52,120 nt of DNA, filler included, from Circinaria calcarea (GCA_051942165.1; 2 parts of 2 records of this genome joined end to end with filler, not necessarily neighbours in it), one strand, 5' to 3'; positions 1 through 12,663 are shown, counted from the whole stretch's first letter. Program-made: numbers and translations. The notes: generated by a model from the sequence alone, not told the origin.

Positions 1-76
1 ATAAAAAATAAAAAATAAAAAATAAAAAATAAAAAATAAAAAATAAAAAATAAAAAATAAAAAATAAAAAATAAAA
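1..76. repeat. (ATAAAAA)n tandem repeat, about 11 copies, at the edge of an AT-rich tract
   Basis: Perfect 7-bp unit repeated from base 1, followed by very AT-rich sequence to about 200. Confidence 0.95.
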
Positions 77-581
77 CGAAAATTATAGAAAAATTAAATT
101 TTTTATAATAATTTTAAATATTTCGCTACGATTTTAATAGAGTTTTATTCGGATCTAACCGGGTTATATTTAGATTTAAACCTTTCCACTTATTTTTCGT
201 TTCAGGGCATTAAGATTTCGGGCGTGTTTGGACCACTTTATTAGTCGGCTTGATTCGGCATAAGCTCGCGTGGTACGGCTGTTATCTATGCGGTAACAGC
301 TGCGTCAGTCACATACGCATGTCGTAACAGGTTGGATAACTTTGCGGTTTTTATGTCGTGTAACTTCGCATGCATGCATTCTTTCGTTCATGGATGTTCA
401 CATCTCTGATAAGAGAAACTTCAACTTTATGTGGTCTCATGTATCCGCTCTATGAGCACGGCGCTATGCAGCCTTGAAAGACACCTGGGGATCATACGAT
501 CTTTGCATTGCGTGTATCATCAACAACCTCGCTACGAAGCTTGGAAAGGGATTCGGGCCAGCCGATCAGCAAGAGTAAGCC

Positions 582-2006
582 ATGATAGTTCCGCGAGCTT
601 ATCGGTATACGTCTCAACATCAGATATCATCGTCGATGCAGGATGAAAAGGTCGGGGCTGCCGGGACAGGGCGTCGGAGAATAGAAAAGACAGGAAAGGG
701 AGACAAACCTTCTATTCGACCGTCGAGGTTGATTAGGATCGGATCGGTCCCAGTTGCTACATCATCAGCACCCGTCCTGATTCCAACTCGCGGCGAAGGT
801 CTCCGCGTATCTTCCCGAGGGAGTCCTCCCACACGCATTCCAGGGAAGCGACACGCCGGCAGCTATGCTCGTGATAATACGCTTATCGAATTGTCTGTGG
901 CGTCTTTACTCGCCACCACCATAATACCAAAGTCTAAGCATCGCTCATTTAGCCGGCGCGAACTTGCTTGTCGTGGGCGGAGTTCATATCTGCAAGTCAT
1001 GAATGAAATCGGACCAGACGAGTCCCGAAATGCCTCGTCGAGCTGTAGCCCTCGATCCTGGGGCCTTCTACAAGACTCGTCCAAGGAGTTTGAACCGGAC
1101 ATGTGGAGTTTTGAGAGCGACAGCTCCATGGCTGCCCTGGACTCGACCCGTTCGATGTCAAATGACTCGATGCCATCTTTGATGAGCGACTTCGACATGT
1201 CATCCTCTGTTAGTAGCCTTCGTACGCCTGGGATACCTGCTCCTGTGCGAGCCCGGCGAGAGAAATCACTTTCGTGCTTGCACGCGGAAAATTGCGAACT
1301 CGATCACCCTTTGTCTCCGGGATACAATAATGTCCCTAACTTCGGTTCGCCTCACCCCAGTGATATTGAGACACTCATTCCAGATGTGGCGATGCCAATT
1401 GTATCCTCCAAGCCTTCGTTTATATCCAATCTGACAGCGTCGATCCGTGTCCTGAAGACCGCTGCAAAGTCATTCTCCAACTTCACCGCGCAGCATCAAG
1501 TCACAACGGGTCGTCCAATGCTAGCAGACTCGTTGAAATTCACTGATGACCGGCGGCCATTTCACTTAAACGAGGTTCCCGATTTTGCCACACGTCGCTA
1601 CCTCAATCCCGTTATTGCATCAGCGGGCGAGATGCATATTCACCATGATCATGACCAGCGTCGCAACCAGTGTACGACCTCCATCCAACTTCAAACATAT
1701 TATAAAAAGGGTCCGTCGTCGAAGCATGCAACCTCGCCCGCTATATTTGCTGCCTGCGAATCAGGACCGTTGGACGTTGGATCACCTCCTGTCCAAAAAC
1801 CGCCGTCGTCTCGTCAACGTGAACCGCGCGAAAACAGCAACTTTCTCCGCGTCATTGTTTTAGAAATGAATATGCGGAAGGCTGGGAAAATGGAAGAAGC
1901 AGCACCAGGCAAGGCGAGGATCTGGCTTCCTCCAAGGCAAAGTGCTAGACACGAGCAGCCGGAGCTCAGTAGTATTCCCAGACGATGGTCGGGCATAGTA
2001 GTATGA
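582..2006 (+). CDS. Fungal hypothetical protein, Ser/Pro-rich, probably conserved
   Basis: 474-aa intronless ORF; ordered-looking C-terminal block RQREPRENSNFLRVIVLEMNMRKAGKM...GKARIWLPPRQ. True start may be the ATG at 636. Confidence 0.75.
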   Translation: MIVPRAYRYTSQHQISSSMQDEKVGAAGTGRRRIEKTGKGDKPSIRPSRLIRIGSVPVATSSAPVLIPTRGEGLRVSSRGSPPTRIPGKRHAGSYARDNTLIELSVASLLATTIIPKSKHRSFSRRELACRGRSSYLQVMNEIGPDESRNASSSCSPRSWGLLQDSSKEFEPDMWSFESDSSMAALDSTRSMSNDSMPSLMSDFDMSSSVSSLRTPGIPAPVRARREKSLSCLHAENCELDHPLSPGYNNVPNFGSPHPSDIETLIPDVAMPIVSSKPSFISNLTASIRVLKTAAKSFSNFTAQHQVTTGRPMLADSLKFTDDRRPFHLNEVPDFATRRYLNPVIASAGEMHIHHDHDQRRNQCTTSIQLQTYYKKGPSSKHATSPAIFAACESGPLDVGSPPVQKPPSSRQREPRENSNFLRVIVLEMNMRKAGKMEEAAPGKARIWLPPRQSARHEQPELSSIPRRWSGIVV

Positions 2007-2832
2007 GAAGGAAGTCAAGAGTTTGGGGTCCCGCAACCACTAACCCCAAAGGCTGTTTTTCTATTGATCAGAAAAGAAAGATTCCTCAAACTGTACGTGG
2101 GCGTCCTTTGAAAAGAGATAGAGTCATGCCGCAAGCTTGCTGACCTGGAATGAAACGTCAATCAGTGCAGTATTTATTATCGGACCTGATGAGCAATTCG
2201 AATACGGGATAATGTTCCGTACCCCTCATCCAACTCTCACGTGGCAGCCTTCATGCATTTTCATGCAATGATGAATCGAATCGGAGTGTTACGCTATGCA
2301 GTCGCGAGACCTAACCGTAATGATATAATAGTACATTATTATGGGTGAAGCACGGCATTGCGGAGATCTTTCCAGCATGAGCTGGAATTTACCCAACACC
2401 GGATGCTCGGAAGGTCGACCATTTGACCGGCTTATTCGAATGATCCTGGAATGGTGGCATACGGATGTGGCGATGCATATAGCTCACATCCAGATACTCA
2501 AGCCCAGGTCCAAGTGTGCTCTCGTCTCTGAGAACCGACACCGACAAAGGTTGGGAACGCTTATACTGTTATCTATTCTAGAGTCATGCTCGCCCAATTC
2601 GGAGTAGCAGTAGCTTTAAAACCTCGACTGGGCTCCAAACCGTCTTAAAGACATCATTCAATTGGTTCAACCGGTTCCAAAAGGCCCTCAAGGTCTAGTG
2701 TCCACTGACGTCTATCTACTGCCCAAAGCAGACCATTTGGTAGGGTATCGTATTGTTAAAGTGAATTCCTCCACAAGTGATTGTCTTCCGCACACATGTC
2801 AATACCGCGGGGATATCCAAACCAGGGATTGC

Positions 2833-5800
2833 TCAATATGGGGCAAATCCTACCTGTCATTAGTTACTTGGACTCAGCCGGCTCTTTCAACCGTTCAAGG
2901 CCCACCTTAACTTACGCTCTTCATCCAGTAGTGTCTTTTCCGCCCAGCTCTGCTCAACCCATTCCAGAGTGACTAATCGTGGCAATCGCTTACGTCTGCG
3001 AATACGCAACATTAGCAATCCGATGTTGGCTTCACAAAATGCTCCGGCTAGCCTACCGAGAGATCTGTCCACGAAGAGCCTTCATCCGGTCTCGGTTCGC
3101 GCCGACGACTATGTGCGTGATGGTCTCATCTTTTACATTATACACGAGCTTTGCTCCTGCAAAGCATGCAACATTGACCGCTTGTTTGATCCTAAGCCCC
3201 TCGGTGCCCGGTACATCTCCCTCAGCCCAGGACATGTTCCCCACGGACTTTGCAGCAGGATACCCATCCACATAGAGGACTGACTGCTCAAAAATCCATC
3301 CTGGGAGCTCTCCAAGCCCTTCACCATGCTGCTCAAGTTCGTCTCTGAATTTCCGCGCAACAAGTCGGTGCTCGAACTTCCCGGGCATTTGATGGAAAAT
3401 CTCCTTGTATCTTAGTTTAGATGTCATTGATGGGAGAATGAATCGTCGTACCTCTTTTAATTCCTCAACTGTGACATCCCTAGCGTAACTGTCCCCATAA
3501 TCATCAGTATTCTCCTCGATACTGGCTTTGGACTCCTCTTTGGTAAAGAACATGTGGCTGCAATAGATCAGCATGGCCTCTGCCCGAGACATTCCAGGGA
3601 TATCACCCTGTCTCAAAGGGCAAGAGCAGCCTTGGTCGTCCAATATCGATTTCGCTCTGTTTGATACAGTCAAAAAGCCAGACGGGTCTTACGATGTCGA
3701 CATTTCCAGTCTTCACCAAGGAAGCAGCATGGACGACTCCTATGACAGATTAGTCAAAGCTTATGATGGGGGGAAGAATCTTACTCCTATCGGCGACGCA
3801 AATAGTACCATTACTTGCGTTGTGCGTCTGGAATATCTTACCACCGTTGGCTTTAACCAATTGTTCAAGCTCGGCCTTGGTCTTCTTTTGCGGCCTCAAA
3901 GACTCAGTCATAATATCTATACTCATTTAGTCAAATTATAATAAAATTGATCTGAATACCTACAAAAGCTTAAATTTTCAAACAAACTCGTCTCCGGTCC
4001 ATCATAAGGCATTTGAATTATTTCGCCACTGCCGGCAATGGTGATCGGCCTTTTTCGCGATACTTTTACTCGTTTCCGTCTGCTATCATCGACCTGAAAT
4101 CCTTTCTCCTTTAGCTCTTTGTCAACATTGTTCTTTTGATCCAGGAATCCCTGGACTGTCAGTGCAGACGTCCAGTCTCTATCATCACGGAGCCTTGTGA
4201 ATTTAGGAAAGCGAAGTGTCAAGCCCATCCGGAACTGGTCTGTTTGTTGAATGGAAGCACATTTAACCGAGAGAACGACCGAGTCGCAGGCTTTGATCCA
4301 AACGTCGGGTCTCTCATACTGCAGATGACCGCCAGCCAATTCTATAAACTCGGTCGGAGGCCGTTTGGGATCCCAATCCTTCCACTTCCCATCGGTTTTG
4401 TGGCGAATGTTCGCATAGTCTTGTGTAGTGAAACCACCTCCAACTTTAAAGAATGACCAGCACTTCATAGTGTTGGCTCCTTGGCTTATTTGGTTCTCAC
4501 CCACTCTGAGGCCACACAAAAAACTCGATAAGTTTCCGCCTCGATGTCCGGATCCGTAATATCCGCCAATGACAACACAGTCAAAAGACTCGCCATATCC
4601 CGTCATATACTCAGGCTTAACCTTCATCCAGTCATCATTTCGCTCATTAAGACGATAAGGAGATCGAGGATTTTTTAGGACTAGACCTTCCGAAGCCTCA
4701 TCTACCACGGTTTTTAGGACAGCCTCGACTTCGTCAGCAGTAACGCCTTCTATATATCGGTGGACCTCCATTCTCCGATGTACGGATTTGACACTGGCTT
4801 CAAGAGCTTTCCTCCGCTCTCGAAGTGTGTAGTTTGTGAGAGCATGGCCATTTAGGTACAGGACGTCAAAAACCCGGTAAAGCGGCCTTTGTCCAGTACT
4901 AGAGTATGGATTGCGCTGCTCGGACAGCGCCGCTGCCTTTAGAGTACCAAAGGGTACCATGGCGTCCAGCTCTGGGTCCCAAGTAATCATTTCGCCATCG
5001 AGTACAATGTTTTGCACACCTGGATCGAAAGCGTCCTTGATATGACGTGTCAAGGCAGAATTCTCGTCCAAAAAACTATTTCCATAGAGGTATGTGTAAT
5101 CCTTGGCCTTACGAGACCAGAAGCCGAACTTCTTGCCTCGGGGGACCGTGTCATCGCTAATCATGTGAAGCTGCATCCTTTCGCCATCAAGCTTTTCCTC
5201 GATCCAGAAGGTCCTGTCGTCCTCGGTTGGCCTCATCCTGTCAATCATCTTCTGAATGGAGTGCATCTGAAATTGCGCTAACTGAGGCTGAAAGCATTGC
5301 ATCAACGTTATGGCGCGATCATCGCCATTTAACCGGAAGGAAGGGTCGTACAGATCCCAGCAGACTCTCCGTAGGCTCGAAGAGACGTTGAAAAGGCTTT
5401 CGGCGTCCGGGTGCCAGATATCGAAGAAGGTTTTCTCTGTGGCCCCCATCTTCATCTGTCGCAGAATGATACGGATCAGCCACATGAGTTCGTCGGCGTT
5501 CATCCGGGAATAGAATTGCTCGAAGATCGGAATTTGGGTCTCCTCCTTCTGTGCAGCTGCGAGCTTGTCGAGGAGGTCATTGACTTGGGTAATAGTCATG
5601 TTGCCCACTTCTGTTAGGATTGGTCGCTTGGCAATCACATCGAAGCATCTACCTGCAAAGTCACCTGCCATCCTACTTGCGGCGGCATTCTGTCCGGGAA
5701 GCTTCCAATTGAGAAGATCTCGGCCATCCGGGGAATGCTTGGTGATACCCATGACCTTTACGAGCAACTTCCCAATTGCCTTCTCCTTCAGTCCGTACAT

Positions 5801-6219
5801 GGCCCGTTCTCGGTCCTTTTCGGGAATGATGAGACGAAAGGCCGGATAGATGTCGTTTCCCACCTCCTTCCGCCATCGTGAGATGAATCGCTCGATGATG
5901 TTCCGTCGGACTTCATGTGGGGATAGGTTTGAGGGCCCATGCGGACCTTGTTTCTTCCTGGCCACCTTCGGTCCCGTAGGCTTCTTCTTGTTCTCGTTCA
6001 AGGGATCGAATAGAGTCAAGAATAAGTCGTGGAATGGGAGCGTCTCGGAGTGATTGCGGGGTCGGTTAGGAAATCTGGCATCGCGATTAGTCGGTCGGGA
6101 GTGGATTGCGGGACGAGCTGCCTCTCCTCTCACTTCTCGTCGAGTTCTAATTCCGTCGGTGAGGTGCCTTGGTAATCGGTTGGAACATCAAGCATGATGG
6201 AATCTTGATCGGACACCAT
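2833..6219 (-). CDS. LIG4: DNA ligase IV (NHEJ), ATP-dependent, with two C-terminal BRCT domains; multi-exon
   Basis: Adenylation motif EEKLDGERMQLH, EGLVLK, WMKVKPEY, LRFPKF. Exon 1 MVSDQD...ELDEK (ATG 6219) splices over 6133-6075 into FPNRPRN. BRCT exons ...QLVKANGGKI...WLFDCI and ...THIVVG...LVTLEWVEQSW; last exon RFAPY* ends at 2833. Confidence 0.96.
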
Positions 6220-7073
6220 CCTATGCCCGACCCTCCAGAAGGTGCTGCCAGAGCCGCGACAGGAAGTAAGAATGATGGTGATGCTACTACGAGAGATGCT
6301 GGGTCATTCATGGTAGAGCCGGAGTTCCTTATCTAATCTCGAGGCGTCACTCGGGAAACATCGGACCGAAATAGCAAAATCCACGCAGCGCCACGTGACG
6401 CAGCCGAAACTTGGGTTCATTTCCCTAATCGCTACTCCGTACGGAGGTACCTCCGTAGTTCCCGACCTTATCGGTTGGGAAATCCCCGACTCAACGACAT
6501 GCACTCGAGTGCACGATACGAAGCTTAAGCGTACCGGCTGAGGCGAACTTCATTCTTATCGTCGTTTCCATTCCACTGCAGCCATCTCATCAGACCGGCC
6601 CTTGCTTGGGTTGCAATCGGATAGCACTCGACTGGGTTGAGCTCGCGTCTTGGGTATCGTTTCGTAACCAAATCCGGTCTTCTAGCTGGGCAAAGGCGAT
6701 AGTCTCGGGCGGGAAGGACGATGGTTTCGTCCTTCCAGTATTTACTAGGGACAAGCTGTATTCTCCAGCGGGGCGTTTGCCTGACCCGGTAGCGTGTTCA
6801 CCATGCATCTTTATTCATCCTCGACGGGGCGCCCTCCCTGGCTGACATACACTGCGCTCGTGAACGCCTCTGTATTGCTGTTTGCGAGAGGGGCGTTGCC
6901 AAATGGCACCATAATATCATTGTCTCCAACACTAACCTCCCACTTCGCCTTCTTGCCTCTGGACGCCGGATCTAGAGAGTTGACCTCGCCGCATTGGTTT
7001 CGCACTGTTGCATAGGACAAATCTGATGCCAGTTGAGTTTTGCAGAACTGGTATTCCAAAGCGTCTATTGGTA

Positions 7074-9473
7074 ATGTGCAGCCTCTTGAGCAGTAGGGCG
7101 ATCGTGGTTTTCGTGTGCGCGTTATTTCTCTCTGTGCTAAGTCAGTTTCATGGTAGGTTGAAGGCTTTGCAAAGGGAAGAGAACTTGATAGTCTACGCAG
7201 GTAGATCTTCTCAATCAGTGTATTCCTCTCTTGAGGATATCACAATTGATGAGCTGAACACTTATCTCAATAATGGATCGCTCACCAGCTACGATTTGGT
7301 CCGCGTAAGTCACCGTGAGATCTACGTGCGAGGCGATGGGAATAACACTCGTAGGTCTATATCGAGAGGACTCTTGAAGTCAACAACCTCTTACATGCAG
7401 TCGGCGAGCTCAATCCAGATGCCCTGGATATTGCTCGTAGCCTCGACGACGAACGGCTACAGGGACACCTGCGAGGGTAAGCCGTGGGCCAGCCCTTTTT
7501 GAGTCTACTAGGCAACTCACGATGACTGAAAGGCCGCTGCATGGAATCCCAATCCTGGTCAAGGACAACATTGCTACAAGTGATAAAATGAATAACACAG
7601 GTGATACTCTGATACCCCGTATGACACTATGGAATGCTGACTTGCGATAGCCGGCTCGATGGCTCTGGTTGGTGCCACAGTATCCCGTGAAGCTACTGTT
7701 GTTGCAAAGCTTCGAGCCGCCGGTGCTGTCATATTGGGGAAGGCCACAATGGGTGAGTGGGCTCAATGTCGATCGCGGATAGGGGGCTCTTCACACGGTT
7801 GGAGTGCCTACGGAGGGCAGGCGTACGGGGCATATTATCCGAAGCAGGATCCAAGTGGCAGCTCTAGTGGAAGTGCAGTGGCAGTGTCCGTTGGATTGGT
7901 ACTGGGTTCCCTAGGAACTGAGGCAAGTCTACTCCCGTAAGGTTTTGCAATCCCCATATAGTACGGGGCACAAGTTACCAGCCACTTCCTTTTTCAGGAG
8001 CTCAGACCTAAGCCAGTAACTTTGTCACCGTCTTTCGTGTTGACGCCTGCGACGATTCTCACGCGTTATTCTGTCTCTTTGTAATTTGCGCCCTTTGTAC
8101 GATGATTGGGCTTGACATTTGTAGCTTCATATTCTTTTCGCAGCCTTTTATTTCTTACTATATCCTCACTATGACTTTCCCCTTGCGGATAAGCAAAAAG
8201 CTTGACACTGCCGAATAAGTTCTCAGGTCTTGGACACATATTATTTCGTTGTCTTTGTATTGCCACTGAGCTGACTTTGACACTACAGACTTCCGGCTCT
8301 ATTGTAAATCCAGGTGAGAAAGCCAACTTGGTTGGCATAAAGCCATCTGTGGGCCTAACATCAAGAAGTATGGTTATACCCATCAGCATGCGCCAGGATA
8401 CTATAGGACCTCTCGCGAGGACGGTAAAGGATGCAGCCTACATTCTATCGGCCATTGCTGGTACGGACAAATTCGACAATTGGACATCCGCCCAGCCATT
8501 TGATCAGCCTCCCGATTATGTCAAAGCGTGCGATCTCTTGGGCTTGATGGGATCCCGTATCGGTATACCGAGGAACGGGATCAATCCCTTTTTGGACGAA
8601 CACTCCGAGCCTATAATGAAGGCTTTTACAGGAGGCTTACGGATTATGGCTGAAGCCGGAGCGACTATTGTCGAGGAAACCAACTTCCCCCAATTCGATT
8701 ACCCGGCCCTCAGTCGCAATGCCAGCATCGTTCTGGACACTGATTTTGTCACTGGACTGGTCGAGTATTTTTCTCTTCTGCAAACAAACCCACACGCCTT
8801 ACGAAACCTTCGAGATGTCGTAGATTATACAAAATCGGACTCACGCGAAGAGTATCCGGACCGGGATACGTATGTCTGGGATCGTGGCCTGCAACGCAAC
8901 ATTACCAATGAATCCTTGGAGTCTTGGATAGCATACGAGGCCAATCTGCAGATGGGTGGTCCCCAAGGTGTTGTTGGCGCACTCGACAAGTACAACCTTG
9001 ATGCCCTCGTTATGCCCACTTGGACATCATTCCATCTTCCGGCTATTGCAGGGTTGCCTATTGTTACCGTTCCCTTGGGGTTTTATCCTGCTGAAACCAC
9101 ATTAGTTATGAACCCCAGGAGAACCATGGTGTCCGTGGCGCCGGATATTCCCTTTGGCATCTCATTCATTGGACGAAAGTGGAGCGAAGAGACTTTGATC
9201 AGGCTTGCGTACGCTTTCGAGCAGCGGACGTTGAATCGACTACGAGTGAAGCCACGTGTTCGCCCAAGCTTCGAGTTGGACGATCTGAGGCGCTGCGACA
9301 TGGACGAGATTGCTGCAGCGGACGTGGACTTAATACAGCGTTGGCTTACTTGGCAAGCTCTGCTTGGTCGTATATTCGTATATGGAAGGGACTGGCTTCA
9401 TTGTCTCTACAATTCGACAAGCTCGTCGCTGGTTGCTTTTCGAGTCGCATTTCAATTGAATTTTCTGACGTGA
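7074..9473 (+). CDS. Amidase-signature family enzyme with an N-terminal hydrophobic (signal/anchor) segment; multi-exon
   Basis: PLHGIPILVKDNI (catalytic Lys), DPSGSSSGSAVAV, GTE|TSGSI (nucleophile Ser), GIKPSVGLTSR, QDTIGPLARTVKDAA. Needs a GC-AG intron at 7923-8288. Confidence 0.9.
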
Positions 9474-10051
9474 TACGGGAGGTAGTAGAGGCGTTTGTAG
9501 GTAGACTACGGGATTTTGGGTGCATACCGTACGTATTGCTAGTGTCTGATAGCAAGAGCAGAGATATTGGTTCCTTTATCACCAACGACATGTCTTGGGA
9601 GAATCAGAAACAGTATATGAATGTGTGCACGTGACGGAAGTATCACCCAGCCTTACTCCGTATGACGGACCACAGAAATCAGGCTTATGCAAGGTCCCGG
9701 CTGATTGCATAAGCTAATATGTATGCAACCTTATGGCATCTACCTTACGGAGTAACACTATCTATTACTCGACATCGGCATCTTCCCGTACAATGTAACT
9801 ACGTACAACGAAGGCACTGTACGGCAACTTTTCCAACGTATCGTGCATCATCGTGAATCCGGCTCTATTAAGCTTAGGTAGGCTTTGCAGTCGGTTGTCA
9901 TCTCCTTGGGCTCTCGTCTGGCTTTCCTGCCAATCCGAGTGGTCCGCGAAGGATCGCGAGAGAATGCTTGGAATGGAGATACGGGCCCTGAAAACATGAC
10001 AGTGGACCGTCGAGTACAATGCCGTCCTCTACAACTTGATCCTGTGGTTCC

Positions 10052-11872
10052 ATGAGCGACTCGACATCGCCGAGTGCCCACTCGCAGCGAGTAAATTTGG
10101 GCACACAAGAGAATAGTCATCTGGACTGGCAACGCTCTGCACTCCAAGGGGCTTCTCTCGCTTTCCGTACACTGCAACCGACGGCGAAGCCGTCTTCGAA
10201 TTACTATAGCGATCCAAATGCTGCTGCAAGAGCTGCGTTCGTGGCAGAAATGGGCCAGCAGCGAGCAGGCATAGATAGTCACAACCAACGGAAGCTGGTT
10301 GTGATACCTAGACCATCTGCAAATCAACTGCGCATGCCACCTAGTGCAATATCTGGCCGGAATGTTGCTGTGGGGGGTGTGGAGGATCTTGAAATTCCCA
10401 CGCGGATAACCTCAAGTCAGCATCAGTCTCCTTCATATATTGCAGCAACCGTGGCGGCTGCTAGGTCAAGCCCTGCTACCCCGATGTTACAGGAGCCACA
10501 GAGGTCAAATCCCCGGCGTGTAATTTCTAGCTATTTTCCATCAACGACTCCACCCTCGAATACAGACGATGTAGTAGCCACAAAAGCGTTGATTAAGCTA
10601 TTCGAATCGAAGGATGTTTCCGAAGGCATTAGAGTGAAAAAAAAGCCACCACTCCTGGCGCAGCATGTACTGCCAATTGCAAGTCCAACACCCATCCGAC
10701 CAGTCCAGACGCGTCTTTCCTCAAGAACTCCTACGTGGGTAGACGGCCAGGTCTTCAAAAGCAACGGTAAGAGCACCCATCGCTACGCGGACCCATCCCA
10801 AGCATTCAGTCAAAATGATAATAAGGCAAATTCATCGACGTTGTCGGCATATCTTCCCAAATTGGACATTTCCGGAAAATCCAGAAGAACCCTTGGAACC
10901 TCTCCGGAATCATCACCTGCACGTCATCCGCAAAGTTATTCCTCGGATATATCTTTGTTGCAGAATCAAAGAATGGAAAGGCCAAAAGCCCTTTCGGATG
11001 GCGGCAATTCCTCCTCCTCATACACGTCGGCTCATGACTGTCCCCCGGGCACGTTGATACTTGCCACGATCAAACAAGAGCAGATCGTGGATGATGACGG
11101 CAGAACTCCTGCGGCCTCATCCACTATTGTCCACCACCTTCGATATACAGAGCCATCTTTAGCTCGCTCTAGAAGCTCACTAAAATTAAAATCGGCATCG
11201 AGGCAGAGATCGTTGCCAGGCACTTCCCAACTCACAGTGGATACTCTTGCCGACGCGATCGTCGCTTCGTCACTTGCGGCATCTCGTGCATCCTCTCCCA
11301 CTAAGCTAGGGCCGCCTCTTCCTGCAAAGCGCCACTCCAAGCACCTCTTCCCATTCCGCCACGACTACGGCAATGATCATGCTACTCCACGGGAGCATAG
11401 TCCTGCTAAAGTACTCCGGCACACCATGCGTGATCTACAAAGACCCGAGGACGAGGACGAGCGTGTTCGGAAGAGCCACGTACTGAAAAAGCACCCCAAC
11501 AAGCACGCCGAAGGTGATAGAAAACGCTGGCGTGACCAGATCACCGAGCGCGAACGGAAGAGGTACGAAGGGTTGTGGGCTGCTAATAGGGGTCTCCTGA
11601 TCCCTGCCACCGAGCCCCAAGACTTGGTCAACAACCTAGTAGTCCGAGATATATGGGAGCGAAGTCAGCTGTCGAGCACCATACTTGCGGAGGTTTGGGA
11701 TCTGGTTGACAGCCAGGGGGTCGGAAGATTGTCGAGAGAGGAATTCGTGGTGGGTATGTGGCTTGTAGACCAGTGCCTAAAGGGAAGGAAATTACCGGTA
11801 AAGGTGTCGGAAAGCGTGTGGTCTAGTGTGAGGCGTTTGAGCGGCATTAAGATACTCGAAACCCGGCGTTGA
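10052..11872 (+). CDS. IRS4: Irs4/Tax4-like protein with a C-terminal EH domain
   Basis: Low-complexity N-terminus, then RERKRYEGLWAANRG...VVRDIWERSQL...LAEVWDLVD...LSREEFVVGMWLVDQCLKGRKLP. Confidence 0.85.
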   Translation: MSDSTSPSAHSQRVNLGTQENSHLDWQRSALQGASLAFRTLQPTAKPSSNYYSDPNAAARAAFVAEMGQQRAGIDSHNQRKLVVIPRPSANQLRMPPSAISGRNVAVGGVEDLEIPTRITSSQHQSPSYIAATVAAARSSPATPMLQEPQRSNPRRVISSYFPSTTPPSNTDDVVATKALIKLFESKDVSEGIRVKKKPPLLAQHVLPIASPTPIRPVQTRLSSRTPTWVDGQVFKSNGKSTHRYADPSQAFSQNDNKANSSTLSAYLPKLDISGKSRRTLGTSPESSPARHPQSYSSDISLLQNQRMERPKALSDGGNSSSSYTSAHDCPPGTLILATIKQEQIVDDDGRTPAASSTIVHHLRYTEPSLARSRSSLKLKSASRQRSLPGTSQLTVDTLADAIVASSLAASRASSPTKLGPPLPAKRHSKHLFPFRHDYGNDHATPREHSPAKVLRHTMRDLQRPEDEDERVRKSHVLKKHPNKHAEGDRKRWRDQITERERKRYEGLWAANRGLLIPATEPQDLVNNLVVRDIWERSQLSSTILAEVWDLVDSQGVGRLSREEFVVGMWLVDQCLKGRKLPVKVSESVWSSVRRLSGIKILETRR

Positions 11873-12663
11873 TTTGGAATGGGAGTCTCACGAGTCTTAA
11901 GCTTTCCTACGTACTCGCTCTAGATATACATGGACTTGATGACAACTCTATTCATACCTGAGCGTGGATTTAGAGCGGGGAATGGCGTAGTTGTTCTACT
12001 GTTGGCATTGTCTTTAATATCCTGGGGACTTGGAAGGTAACGCATGAGACTGATGTCGGTTGGAAGACAAAGGTGAGAGTCGTCAGGGGCTTCCGGCAGC
12101 ATTGAAGGAAACCGTGTAATACATCCTTTCCGAGTCGAGTGGTCAATTATTGTCAGGATAGAGCTGGCGATCGGTTACACGGTTATCATGTTTCGAGGGC
12201 ATCAAGTAAACTAAGGACTTTTTCATAATTTTTCGTCTTTCGAAGACATTCGCTATTTACATGCAGTTTGCATCTTCCCTTGCCACCTCTCTCTCATATC
12301 CTTTGCGCGTCCGTCTTTGTACAAGTCAACTGCTAAGTAGTACAACGCCAGGATCAGGATGTACCTTTACCCACGAAACGCATCTGTACCAGAACGCCCG
12401 GCCGTGAGGTGCCATAAAAGGCCAAAGTCAGTGTGCCGGCCATGCCACGGTGTCAACTACAACGTTTTGAAAATTAAAGTACCTCCCTGCTGGAAGAAAG
12501 AGCAAAGTGTGGCGACCAGTGTAATGGAAGTGGCCAATGCCCATCCACATACATTCATGAGAAAAAAAATCGTGACGGCATCCAAGAAGTCCATACAGCC
12601 TCCGGTATGTAGCCCTTGACTGGCCAATGGAAATTTTCATCCAGCATGTATCAAATCCTGGGA

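Noticed and set aside
2188..2350. Imperfect hairpin and an ATGATGA C-box-like motif between the first gene and LIG4
   Set aside because: No CTGA D box at a suitable distance and the stem is weak; not enough for a snoRNA call.
6606..7015. Short ORFs upstream of the amidase
   Set aside because: Non-ATG starts, no recognisable motifs and no clear splice link to the amidase.
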